From Acutalibacteraceae bacterium (lineage in GTDB: Bacteria > Bacillota > Clostridia > Oscillospirales > Acutalibacteraceae): a stretch of DNA of 64,000 nucleotides. Under the pieces are notes generated by a model. That model did not search any database and was not told where the DNA came from. It worked only from the letters and a program-made list of their open reading frames with translations. The DNA is taken from assembly GCA_045589555.1 (NCBI GenBank), contig JAZNPG010000138.1, forward strand, positions 768 to 64,767, in the 5' to 3' direction. This document shows positions 33,979 to 43,144 of this stretch, one piece after another. Each line of letters begins with the position of its first letter. Within the stretch, counting starts at the first letter, position 1. Position numbers and translations under genes: made by a program.

Positions 33979-34584
33979 TCAGCTGTTAAAGCTGCTCATT
34001 GCTTTATCTATATTGCCGCCGACCATAAGCTCTGCGGCATCGCATGCTTTTTCGCACGCCTCGGCAAGAGCCTTGAGCTCATCCTTTTTAAAGGCGGAAA
34101 GCACCCAGTCCGCAAGGTCATAATCGGGGTGGGGCTTTTCGCCGACACCGAGCTTGATTCTCGGAAATTTATCGGAGCTCATCTGATAAATGATGCTCTT
34201 CATTCCGTTATGACCGCCGTCGCTGCCTTTTCGGCGGATTCGCATTTTTCCGCATGGCAACGAAATATCATCAAATACAATTATGATGTTTTCAGGCGGT
34301 ATTTTGTAAAACTGTGCCGCCTGCCTTACAGCCTCACCGCTGTTGTTCATAAAGGTTTGCGGCTTCATAAGCAGGCACTTATGACCGCCGAGCTCCAGCA
34401 TACCCGTAACGGATTTGAACTGAATCTTGTTTACCTTTACATCATGCTTTTCTGCAAGCATATCCGCAAAAATAAAACCTGCATTATGCCTTGTGAGCTC
34501 ATATTTTTTGCCGGGATTGCCCAGAGCTGCTATAATGAAATCGGGAGGTCCCGAGGGAGTTTTGTTTCTTGAAAAGAATGCCAT
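33979..34584 (-). CDS. pth: peptidyl-tRNA hydrolase
   Basis: GLGNPG-like ALGNPGKKYELTRHNAGF and GHNG motifs. Confidence 0.9.
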   Translation of the reverse strand: MAFFSRNKTPSGPPDFIIAALGNPGKKYELTRHNAGFIFADMLAEKHDVKVNKIQFKSVTGMLELGGHKCLLMKPQTFMNNSGEAVRQAAQFYKIPPENIIIVFDDISLPCGKMRIRRKGSDGGHNGMKSIIYQMSSDKFPRIKLGVGEKPHPDYDLADWVLSAFKKDELKALAEACEKACDAAELMVGGNIDKAMSSFNS

Positions 34585-34599
34585 TTTTAAAAATCCACC

Positions 34600-35706
34600 T
34601 TAAGATACTTTAACCGCAACGGTTTTCTGCTCGCCGACATTTTCGGAATCGGTATCGCCGTTAACGGATTTTTCCGCATAGGTAATGTTGAACGTCATTG
34701 ACTTGACGGCGCTGAGCACCTGCTCATCCGTAAGCTCTGCATTTGAACTCAGAACATGGAGCACAACGGGAGGCGCAACAAAGTTGCCGTCAGCCTGTTT
34801 CGCGGGAATTCCGAGCTCGCCGCTGAAAGCAACCTTAACATAAACGCCGTTTTTGCCGTTATCGGCAACCGAAACGCCGTAAACAACTATATCTTTGCTG
34901 CTCACATTCTCTATATTCACCGAGCTGTTAAAGAAATAATAGTTTTCGGGAGAAGCAAAAAATGCCTTTGCCCCCTCTTCGCCGAGTCCGAAATCGGAAG
35001 CAATTGCGGATTTATATTTATTCGCATCCGATGTATAGGTTTTCCAGAGCGCTTCGGTAGGTGCAAAACCGTTTTCAGAAAGCCTGATAACCGTTTCGCC
35101 CGAAGCTGCCTGAGTAACGGCAACATTATTCTCAAGCTTGAGAGTAAGCTTGTTTTCTTTTCCGCCCTGCTTATAAACAAGTGTCAGATTCATCGCCTTG
35201 ACAGCGTTTACAACCTGTTCATCGGAAAAATCGGGGTTTGCGTTGAGCACATGGAGAGTAATCGCATCTGCAAAATAATCGCTCTCGGGCTGCTTTGCGG
35301 AAACACCGTTTTCGGCACCGTTGAAGGTTTTTCTGATATAAACACCGTTTTTACCGTTGGAATCGGATTCAATGCCGATAATTTCAGCATCGGTATCTGT
35401 ATAGTTGAGAATTTTAACGGTCATGCCGTAAAGAGCATATTCGGCATAATTATCATAGAAATTATCTGCGCCCTCTTTGCCCAGACCGAAATCCTCTTCA
35501 ACGATATCCCTGTATCTCGAGGAATCGTCTGCGATTGTCTGCAGCAGCACATCGTCAAGAATAATTTCCTCATAAATCAGTCGGAAATCCTGATTGACGG
35601 GCGCAACCGTGGGGTCTGTTGTGCCGTCACCCTTGCAGCCTGCAAAAGTAAGAGCAATTGACACCACCAGAATAATTGCCGTTATAATCGATAATGTATT
35701 TCTCAT
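34600..35706 (-). CDS. lipoprotein with internal two-fold duplication, unknown function
   Basis: I moved the start to ATG 35706 after a GGGGGA RBS. Lipobox LTFAGC. The two halves share DFGLG.EGA..F, SDSNGKNGVYI/VADNGKNGVYV and VLHVL..N....DEQV..AVK.M. Confidence 0.6.
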   Translation of the reverse strand: MRNTLSIITAIILVVSIALTFAGCKGDGTTDPTVAPVNQDFRLIYEEIILDDVLLQTIADDSSRYRDIVEEDFGLGKEGADNFYDNYAEYALYGMTVKILNYTDTDAEIIGIESDSNGKNGVYIRKTFNGAENGVSAKQPESDYFADAITLHVLNANPDFSDEQVVNAVKAMNLTLVYKQGGKENKLTLKLENNVAVTQAASGETVIRLSENGFAPTEALWKTYTSDANKYKSAIASDFGLGEEGAKAFFASPENYYFFNSSVNIENVSSKDIVVYGVSVADNGKNGVYVKVAFSGELGIPAKQADGNFVAPPVVLHVLSSNAELTDEQVLSAVKSMTFNITYAEKSVNGDTDSENVGEQKTVAVKVS

Positions 35707-35810
35707 AATAATGTCCCCCATTTTTACTTGTAATCATTATGACAGATTTAAAATGAAAAAACAATAGAAAATATTAAATAAATTATAAACATAGTATAAA
35801 TAAACATTCT

Positions 35811-35856
35811 TTTGAAAAAAGAAAGGCTTGCAACGTTTCAATTGGCGCTGCAAGCC
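35811..35856 (-). terminator. intrinsic terminator of the UPF0210 gene
   Basis: Minus strand reads ggcttgcagcg-ccaattgaaa-cgttgcaagcc followed by tttctttttt. Confidence 0.7.
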
Positions 35857-35869
35857 GAAATGCTTGTTT

Positions 35870-37228
35870 TCAGTTTTTAAGGCTCTGCATGGGAGCGGGG
35901 ATTCTGCCGCCTCTGCCGATAAACTTGGCAGGAGAATATGTTGAAAGCGGCATAACGGGACCGCTGCCGAGAAGTCCGCCGAAGCTGAGCTCTTCGCCGA
36001 CCTGCTTGCCGATTGCAGGTATAACTCTGACCGCCGTTGTTTTGGAGTTGACCATACCGATTGCGGCTTCATCGGCAATAATAGCCGAAATAACCTCTGC
36101 AGGTGTGTCGCCCGGAATGTTAATCATATCAAGACCAACGGAGCAAACCGCCGTCATAGCCTCAAGCTTGTTGAGGGTAAGGCAGCCGCATCGTGCAGCA
36201 TCAATCATGCCTGCATCTTCGGTTACAGGAATGAATGCGCCGGAAAGACCTCCGACATGCGAGGATGCCATGACGCCGCCTTTTTTTACCGCATCGTTGA
36301 GGAGTGCAAGCGCCGCCGTCGTACCGTGGCAGCCGCAGCATTCAAGACCCATTTCTTCAAGGATATGTGCAACGGAATCGCCGATTGCAGGTGTGGGGGC
36401 AAGCGAAAGGTCAACAATGCCGAAAGGTACACCAAGTCTGCGAGAAGCTTCGTTTGCAACAAGCTGACCCATTCGGGTGATTTTGAATGCGGTTTTCTTG
36501 ATGAGGTCGGCAACGGCTGTTAAATCGCAGTCGCCTGCCTTTGCGAGAGCCGCTCTTACAACGCCGGGACCCGAAACGCCTACGTTGATTACGCAATCGG
36601 GCTCGCCTGCGCCGTGGAATGCGCCTGCCATAAAGGGGTTATCCTCGGGTGCGTTACAGAAAACAACCAGCTTTGCAGGACCGATGCAATCTCTGTCAGC
36701 GGTGAGCTCTGCGCTCTTTCTGACGATTTTGCCCATAAGACCGACAGCATCCATGTTGATACCTGTTTTTGTTGAGCCGATATTGACGGATGAGCAGATG
36801 TGGTCGGTAACGCTGAGCGCTTCGGGAATCGCCTCGATAAGCTCTCTGTCGCCGGGACCGAAGCCCTTCTGCACAAGGGCGGAAAATCCGCCGAGGAAAT
36901 TGACTCCGCAGGTAACCGCCGCCTTTTCAAGCGTTCTTGCAAGCTTGACGGCATCCTTATCCTCACAGGAAGCAAGAATCATCGCCGCAGGAGTAACCGA
37001 AATTCGTTTATTGATAATAGGAATACCCAGCTCTTTTTCAATCTGCTCGCCAGTTTTTACAAGGTCCTTTGCGTAACGGGTGATTTTATCGTAAACTCTG
37101 CCGCACATAACGTCAATATCGCTGTGGCAGCAATCGAGCAGGGAAATACCCATTGTTATTGTTCGCACGTCCAGGTGTTCATCCTGAATCATGGTTATTG
37201 TTTCAAGAATGTCTCTTGCGTTAAGCAT
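35870..37228 (-). CDS. UPF0210-family protein (DUF711, PFL-like fold)
   Basis: The N-terminus [27 protein letters not shown] and ~450 aa are typical of this family. Paired with an ACT protein as usual. Confidence 0.8.
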   Translation of the reverse strand: MLNARDILETITMIQDEHLDVRTITMGISLLDCCHSDIDVMCGRVYDKITRYAKDLVKTGEQIEKELGIPIINKRISVTPAAMILASCEDKDAVKLARTLEKAAVTCGVNFLGGFSALVQKGFGPGDRELIEAIPEALSVTDHICSSVNIGSTKTGINMDAVGLMGKIVRKSAELTADRDCIGPAKLVVFCNAPEDNPFMAGAFHGAGEPDCVINVGVSGPGVVRAALAKAGDCDLTAVADLIKKTAFKITRMGQLVANEASRRLGVPFGIVDLSLAPTPAIGDSVAHILEEMGLECCGCHGTTAALALLNDAVKKGGVMASSHVGGLSGAFIPVTEDAGMIDAARCGCLTLNKLEAMTAVCSVGLDMINIPGDTPAEVISAIIADEAAIGMVNSKTTAVRVIPAIGKQVGEELSFGGLLGSGPVMPLSTYSPAKFIGRGGRIPAPMQSLKN

Positions 37229-37243
37229 GGAGCTTCACCTCTT

Positions 37244-37513
37244 TCAGATAGTGTGCATTGCGTTGAAGATATCCTCATGCATGGCATGGATGGAAAGACC
37301 CATTTCATCGCCTGCTTTTTTGAGCATATCCGAAAACTCCGTAAAGGGTATATCGGATTTTGTGATATCAACCATCATAATCATTGCAAACATATCCTGA
37401 AGGATTGACTGCGTTACCTCAAGAACATTTATGTTATGGTTTGAGCATTCGGCGGAAACCTTTGCAAGAATACCTACCATATCTTTACCTATAACCGTAA
37501 TAACAGCTCTCAT
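37244..37513 (-). CDS. ACT-domain protein (UPF0237 family)
   Basis: MRAVITVIGKDMVGILAKVS..., 89 aa, directly upstream of the UPF0210 gene. Confidence 0.8.
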   Translation of the reverse strand: MRAVITVIGKDMVGILAKVSAECSNHNINVLEVTQSILQDMFAMIMMVDITKSDIPFTEFSDMLKKAGDEMGLSIHAMHEDIFNAMHTI

Positions 37514-37526
37514 AGTTAGCCTCCGT

Positions 37527-38132
37527 TTATTTTATATTCAGTATTTCCGAAATATCCCTGATAACAAACTGTGCTGTGGTTTCGGGAGAATCCTTTTTAT
37601 TAAAAAGACAACCGAAGCAGCCTGCGTTGACACCCGAAAGAACATCGATTTCCCTGTCGCCTATCATAACGGTTTCGCTTCTGTCAAGCCCGTAGGTATC
37701 GCAGATATAGTTCACCGCATCGGGCGCAGGCTTCGAAGCAAAATTCATCGAGGAATCAACAAAAGCCGTAAAATATTTTTTAAGTCCGTATGTTTCAAGA
37801 TAATACTGTGAGGTTTCAAAGCCTCTGTGTGTATAAAGAAAATGCTTTTTACCGTCATTGAAAAGCGTTTCGATTGTTGAAAGCGTGTTTTCAAACGGCA
37901 CCGCAATGGGTCTTAAAGCATAATTATGCTCATATTGGCGGAAACGCTCTTTGATTTCCTCACTCACTCCGTAATGCTCAAAACAATGGGCAAAGGTGAT
38001 TTCAAGCAAAGCCTTCGCTTCATCGTAATCGGCATCCCTGCCGAAATCGTTCATCGCCTTGATGAATGCGGATGTTATGTGCGGATAGCTGTCAAACAGC
38101 ATGCCGTCAAAATCCCAGATGTAATTTTTCAT
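37527..38132 (-). CDS. HAD-superfamily hydrolase
   Basis: I moved the start to ATG 38132 (MKNYIWDFDGMLFDS, motif I); GDREIDV motif. Lies 2 nt after the galE stop. Confidence 0.75.
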   Translation of the reverse strand: MKNYIWDFDGMLFDSYPHITSAFIKAMNDFGRDADYDEAKALLEITFAHCFEHYGVSEEIKERFRQYEHNYALRPIAVPFENTLSTIETLFNDGKKHFLYTHRGFETSQYYLETYGLKKYFTAFVDSSMNFASKPAPDAVNYICDTYGLDRSETVMIGDREIDVLSGVNAGCFGCLFNKKDSPETTAQFVIRDISEILNIK

Positions 38133-38134
38133 AA

Positions 38135-39145
38135 TCAGAAACCGTTGGGATTCATTGACTGCCAGCGCCATGAATCCTCGCACATTTCGTCAATATTTCT
38201 TGTTGCTTCCCAGCCGAGCTCCTCTTTTGCCTTTGAGGGGTCGGAGAAGCAGGTTGCAATGTCGCCGGGTCTTCTGGGAGCGATAACATATTTAATCGGA
38301 TGACCGCAAGCCTTTTCAAACGCCTTCAAAACCTCAAGCACACTGTAGCCGTTGCCTGTGCCGAGGTTATAGGTGTAGCAGCCTTTTGTGCCAAGAACCT
38401 TTTCAACCGCCTTGATATGACCGAGCGCAAGGTCAACAACGTGGATATAGTCACGCACGCCCGTGCCGTCAGGTGTGGGATAATCGTTACCGTTTACGTT
38501 GAGGTGGTCAAGCTTGCCGACGGCAACCTGAGCTATGTAAGGCACAAGGTTGTTGGGAATACCGTTGGGGTCTTCGCCGATTCTGCCGCTCTTGTGAGCG
38601 CCGATGGGATTGAAATATCTGAGCAGGCAAACGCTCCACTCGTTATCCGAAGCATAAAGATCCTTGATGATTCTTTCAATGTAAAGCTTTGTTGTGCCGT
38701 AGGGATTGGTTGTTTTGCCCTCGGGCATATCCTCTTTTAACGGAGAGGGATTTTCGCTGCCGTAAACAGTTGCCGATGAGCTGAAAACCATCTTCTTGCA
38801 GCCTGCAGCAGCCATTGCCTGACAAAGGCAAACCGTGCCTGCGATGTTGTTGTCATAATATTCAAGGGGCTTTTCGCAGCTTTCGCCAACGGCTTTAAGG
38901 CCTGCGAAATGGATGACCGCATCAATCTTATTTTCCGCAAAAATTTTATCAAGGCCCGAGCGGTCACGGATATCGCATTCGTAAAATTTAACATCCTTGC
39001 CCGTAATTTCTTTAATACGTTTTACACTTTCGCTCTTGCTGTTGCAAAGATTATCGAGTATAATAGTATCATAACCTGCAGTCAGAAGCTCAACGCAGGT
39101 GTGCGAGCCGATGAATCCGGCGCCGCCTGTAACGAGAATCGACAT
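38135..39145 (-). CDS. galE: UDP-glucose 4-epimerase
   Basis: ILVTGGAGFIGSH, YGTTK (YxxxK) and full-length GalE-like sequence. Confidence 0.9.
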   Translation of the reverse strand: MSILVTGGAGFIGSHTCVELLTAGYDTIILDNLCNSKSESVKRIKEITGKDVKFYECDIRDRSGLDKIFAENKIDAVIHFAGLKAVGESCEKPLEYYDNNIAGTVCLCQAMAAAGCKKMVFSSSATVYGSENPSPLKEDMPEGKTTNPYGTTKLYIERIIKDLYASDNEWSVCLLRYFNPIGAHKSGRIGEDPNGIPNNLVPYIAQVAVGKLDHLNVNGNDYPTPDGTGVRDYIHVVDLALGHIKAVEKVLGTKGCYTYNLGTGNGYSVLEVLKAFEKACGHPIKYVIAPRRPGDIATCFSDPSKAKEELGWEATRNIDEMCEDSWRWQSMNPNGF

Positions 39146-39238
39146 AATTCAACCTCCAAACATATTGCTACAGCATAATTATAGTTACTTTTAATACAAA
39201 AATCAACGGAAGTGTAAACAATATTTTTTAAAAAGGAA

Positions 39239-39907
39239 GTGTATTTTTTGGTAAGCTTCGAGAATTTACGCAAAGACGGCGAAATTCTGGCATTCATAGA
39301 GATGGCAAACCGTGTTCTCGGCGAAATCGGCTACACTGAGCACGGATTGGCTCATGCCGTTAAAACCGGCGAGGATGCAAGCAGGATTCTATCTTCGCTC
39401 GGTTATGATGAGCATATGTGCGAGCTTGCAAAAATCGCAGGCTTGCTTCACGATACAGGCAACGCCGTTAACCGCTGCGACCATGCTCAGAGCGGAGCTT
39501 TTCTTGCTTTTGAGCTTCTGAGAGCAAGAGGCTTTGATTACAAGGATGTTCTTGAAATCACAACCGCCATCGGTCACCATGACGAAAAAACCGCCGCTCC
39601 CGTAACCCCCGTTGCCGCAGCTCTGATTTTAGCCGATAAAAGCGACGTTCGCACCTCGAGAGTGCGCAGCAGGGATACGGTTTATAACGATATCCATGAC
39701 AGAGTAAACTATGCGGTTTTCAGCTCAGAGCTTGATGTTGACAGAGAAAAGCGTATGATTGTGCTCACCCTGAAAATTGATACTCTTGTGTGCCCCGTTA
39801 TGGAATATTTCGAAATATTCCTTGAAAGAATGGTGCTTTGCAAAAAATCCGCCGCGTTTCTCGGCTGCGATTTTGAGCTGATAATTAATGATACGAGGTT
39901 GCTGTGA
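39239..39907 (+). CDS. HD-domain phosphohydrolase
   Basis: HGLAHA...LLHDTGN...GHHDE motifs. The start is uncertain (GTG 39239 or TTG 39248). Confidence 0.7.
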   Translation: MYFLVSFENLRKDGEILAFIEMANRVLGEIGYTEHGLAHAVKTGEDASRILSSLGYDEHMCELAKIAGLLHDTGNAVNRCDHAQSGAFLAFELLRARGFDYKDVLEITTAIGHHDEKTAAPVTPVAAALILADKSDVRTSRVRSRDTVYNDIHDRVNYAVFSSELDVDREKRMIVLTLKIDTLVCPVMEYFEIFLERMVLCKKSAAFLGCDFELIINDTRLL

Positions 39908-40776
39908 TGTATAATTTAACCGATATCGGAACAATAAAAGAAATCCTTTCAAGGCACGGCTTTCATTTTTCAAAATCGCTCGGTCAGAATTTCATTGTGA
40001 ACCCTTCCGTTTGCCCGAGAATGGCTGAAGAGAGCGGCATCGACGAAAACTGCGGCGTTATCGAAATCGGTGCAGGCATCGGCGTGCTTACCGCAGAGCT
40101 TGCAAAAAGAGTAAAAAAGGTTGTTGTTATTGAGCTTGACTCAAAGCTGCTGCCCATTCTTGATGAAACGCTCAAGGATTTTGACAATATCGAAATCATC
40201 AATCAGGATGTACTCAAAACCGACCTTGCGGCAATAATCGAAGAAAAATTCGAGGGTATGCCCGTTTATGTGTGCGCAAACCTGCCTTATTATATCACCT
40301 CACCCGTTATCATGAGCCTGCTCGAAAGCAGACTTCCCCTCAAAGCGGTAACGGTTATGGTGCAGAAAGAAGCGGCGCAGAGGCTCTGTGCCCCCGTAGG
40401 CAGCAGGCTTTCGGGCGCAGTTACGGTTGCGGTTGATTATTATGCCGAAGCCGAGAAGCTTTTCGATGTTTCGGCAGGCTCATTCATGCCGGCGCCGAAG
40501 GTTGACAGCTGCGTTATCCGCATGAATATAAGACCCGAGCCCGAAAACCCAGTGAGCGATGAAAAAATGTTTTTCAAAATGGTGCATGCCGCTTTCGGTC
40601 AGCGCAGAAAAACCGCTTCAAACTCAATCAGCTCGGGAATGGGCATCCCGAAAGATATTGTTTCAAATGCAATTGAAGCGTGCGGATTCGAACCCTCGGT
40701 CAGAGCCGAAACTCTTAACATGGCACAGCTTGCCGCATTAAGTGATAAAATTGTCGAATTGTTAAGAAATAATTAA
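39904..40776 (+). CDS. rsmA: 16S rRNA (adenine1518/1519-N6)-dimethyltransferase
   Basis: KSLGQNFI, EIGAGIGVLT and NLPYYITSP motifs. Confidence 0.9.
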   Translation: MMYNLTDIGTIKEILSRHGFHFSKSLGQNFIVNPSVCPRMAEESGIDENCGVIEIGAGIGVLTAELAKRVKKVVVIELDSKLLPILDETLKDFDNIEIINQDVLKTDLAAIIEEKFEGMPVYVCANLPYYITSPVIMSLLESRLPLKAVTVMVQKEAAQRLCAPVGSRLSGAVTVAVDYYAEAEKLFDVSAGSFMPAPKVDSCVIRMNIRPEPENPVSDEKMFFKMVHAAFGQRRKTASNSISSGMGIPKDIVSNAIEACGFEPSVRAETLNMAQLAALSDKIVELLRNN

Positions 40777-40837
40777 CAAAAAGAACTATTTTGCTTGACA
40801 AGATAAATCTTTATATGGTACTGTTAACAGGTAGAAA

Positions 40838-41060
40838 GCAATGATAGAGGCGCAGAAGCTATCAGTAACCTCCGCCAAACGGGAATCGGGCGGATGCGAA
40901 AGGAGCTTTTGCCGAAGCGGATATACGCCTCCCGAAGCGGTGTCCGCTGGGCTGCTGCAGAATATGCAGCGGACTGTCACGGTTGTGGAGAGCTATCTGT
41001 TTCAGTTGATGAATCATTTTGCTCCGTTGCCGTGAAAGGTATCGGAGCTTTGTTCTTTTT
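40838..41060 (+). promoter_or_regulatory. lysine riboswitch (L box) with terminator expression platform
   Basis: Conserved L-box blocks AGAGGCGC, AGTAA, GGGAA, GAAAGG, GCCGAAG and CTGTCACGG..TGGAGAGCTATC (pairs with GATAG at the 5' end). Followed by hairpin gctccgttgcc-gtgaaa-ggtatcggagc and tttgttcttttt (41021-41060). A TTGACA -35 lies at 40795-40800. Confidence 0.8.
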
Positions 41061-41103
41061 CAGCGGAGGATTCCGCAAAAATATTTTCTACGGAGGTAAA
41101 CTC

Positions 41104-43023
41104 ATGACACGCAAAAGAAAACTTGCGGCAATATGCATTGTAATTGCTCTTATCGGTTCAATTTTCAGTTGCTTTGCATTTGCATCGGCGGAAGATGCTT
41201 CTGCCTCTCTCTCGGCTGAAGAAGTTATCGCAGCCGTTACCGCTAACGAAGAAAATCTTCTTGAAATCACTGAAGATACTGACCTTGCAGTTGCTAATGA
41301 AGCTATAGCAAAACAGTATGCTGATCTGCAGGCTGTTCTCGCTGTTGTTGACTCAACTTATGTTGCAGAGCTCAAAACAGCAAAAACAATTGAAGAAGCA
41401 CAGGAAATTATGGCTGCACAGTCAGAAAGCATCAGCACTCTTGCAGAACTTGTAACACCCGAAGAAGAACCCTATGTCAGCAAATTCGCAAACTCCGCAT
41501 GGGCTCTTCTGCCTCCCGTTGTTGCAATCGTTCTTGCTCTTATCACCAAAGAGGTTTATTCCTCGCTGTTTATCGGCATCCTTGTGGGCGGTCTGCTCTA
41601 TGCTGAGTTTAACTTTGAAAAAACAATTATACATGTTTTCAGCGACGGATTTGTTGCACAGATTGGCGACAGTTACAACATGGGCATCATAATCTTCCTG
41701 ATTGTTCTGGGCGCACTTGTTGCAATGATGAACAAGGCAGGCGGCTCAGCAGCATTCGGCAGATGGGCTTCAAAACGCATAAAGACAAGAGTTGGTGCTC
41801 AGCTTGCAACTGTTCTTTTCGGCTGCCTTATCTTTATTGATGACTATTTCAACTGCCTTACCGTCGGCTCGGTTATGAGACCGGTTACGGACAAGCAGAA
41901 TGTTTCAAGAGCAAAGCTTGCTTATCTCATCGATGCTACCGCAGCTCCCATCTGCATCATTGCTCCCATTTCATCATGGGCAGCAGCAGTTACGGGCTTT
42001 GTTGCAGAAGAGCAGGTTAACGGCTTCCAGCTCTTCCTTAATGCAATTCCCTATAATTTCTATGCACTTCTCACAATCGTCATGATGGTTGCAATCACAA
42101 TGATGAAGTTTGAATACGGCCCGATGAAGCTTCACGAAAGAAACGCACTTGAAAAAGGCGATCTCTTCACCCGCGATGCAGAAAACTTTAAGGGTTCAAC
42201 AGACGAGCTCAATGCCAACCCCAAGGGCAAGGTTATTGACCTTGTTATTCCCGTTATTATTCTTATCATTTCCTGCATTATCGGCATGATTTATTCAGGC
42301 GGATTCTTCGGTTCTGAAGGCTCTCTCTTTAACAGATTCAAAGATGCATTCTCAAATGCAGACGCTTCCATAGGCCTTCTTTACGGCTCATTCATTACTC
42401 TTATCATTGCCGTGTTCTATTTCTTGGTTCGCCGTGTTATCTCCTTCAAGCAGTGCATGGAATCAATCCCCGAGGGTTTCAAGGCAATGGTTCCCGCTAT
42501 CATGATTCTTGCTTGCGCATGGACCCTTAAAGCTATGACTGACAGCCTTGGCGCAAAGGAATTCATTGCAGGCATCGTTGAAGCTTCGGCAGGCAAATTT
42601 GCACTCTTCCTGCCCGCAATCGTATTTCTTATTGCTGTTGGACTTTCATTCGCAACAGGCACATCATGGGGCACCTTCGGCATTCTCATCCCCCTTGTTC
42701 TTGCTGTATTCCCCTATGAAATGGGCTCAATTTCAATTATCTCCATCTCGGCATGTATGGCAGGTGCGGTCTGCGGCGACCACTGCTCACCCATTTCCGA
42801 TACAACAATCATGGCTTCCGCAGGCAGCCAGAGCAACCATATCAACCACGTTTCAACCCAGCTTCCCTACGCGTTAACCGTTGCGGGAATCTCATTCGTA
42901 ACTTATGTTATTGCAGGTCTGCTCACAAAGGTTAACCTTTCAATCGTTGCTCTGCCCATCGGCATTGCACTCACAATCGGCACTCTCCTTGTTATTAAAA
43001 GCGTTACAAAGAAAAAGGCATAA
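41104..43023 (+). CDS. NhaC-family Na+/H+ antiporter-like transporter with N-terminal signal/TM + ~110-aa extra domain
   Basis: I moved the start to ATG 41104 (MTRKRKLAAICIV...) after a GGAGG RBS. The upstream part of track ORF 40894.. is the riboswitch. The polytopic core resembles NhaC. Confidence 0.75.
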   Translation: MTRKRKLAAICIVIALIGSIFSCFAFASAEDASASLSAEEVIAAVTANEENLLEITEDTDLAVANEAIAKQYADLQAVLAVVDSTYVAELKTAKTIEEAQEIMAAQSESISTLAELVTPEEEPYVSKFANSAWALLPPVVAIVLALITKEVYSSLFIGILVGGLLYAEFNFEKTIIHVFSDGFVAQIGDSYNMGIIIFLIVLGALVAMMNKAGGSAAFGRWASKRIKTRVGAQLATVLFGCLIFIDDYFNCLTVGSVMRPVTDKQNVSRAKLAYLIDATAAPICIIAPISSWAAAVTGFVAEEQVNGFQLFLNAIPYNFYALLTIVMMVAITMMKFEYGPMKLHERNALEKGDLFTRDAENFKGSTDELNANPKGKVIDLVIPVIILIISCIIGMIYSGGFFGSEGSLFNRFKDAFSNADASIGLLYGSFITLIIAVFYFLVRRVISFKQCMESIPEGFKAMVPAIMILACAWTLKAMTDSLGAKEFIAGIVEASAGKFALFLPAIVFLIAVGLSFATGTSWGTFGILIPLVLAVFPYEMGSISIISISACMAGAVCGDHCSPISDTTIMASAGSQSNHINHVSTQLPYALTVAGISFVTYVIAGLLTKVNLSIVALPIGIALTIGTLLVIKSVTKKKA

Positions 43024-43046
43024 TTTCTGCTAAGGTTGAATTGAGA

Positions 43047-43080
43047 AACGGGTGTGTCCTCGGACACACCCGTTCAATTT
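43047..43080 (+). terminator. intrinsic terminator after the NhaC-family gene
   Basis: aacgggtgtgtcc-tc-ggacacacccgtt, followed by caattt. Confidence 0.65.
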
Positions 43081-43144
43081 ATCTTTATGAATCTCTTGAA
43101 ATAGTCGGCAAATATGATATAATATTCCAAAAGGAGTGGTTAAA

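Noticed and set aside
34756-35661. 301-aa plus-strand ORF
   Set aside because: It is antisense to a lipoprotein gene that has an RBS, a lipobox and an internal duplication. The translation is low-complexity, antisense-like, and has no RBS or motif.
35889-37408. Three long plus-strand ORFs (192, 199 and 202 aa) and several shorter ones
   Set aside because: They are all antisense to, or out of frame with, the well-supported UPF0210 and ACT genes. Their Ser/Pro/Ala-rich translations are typical of antisense reading of GC-rich coding DNA.
40894-41103. N-terminal 70 aa of track ORF 40894..43023
   Set aside because: This stretch is the lysine riboswitch and its terminator. The real start is ATG 41104, after a GGAGG RBS.
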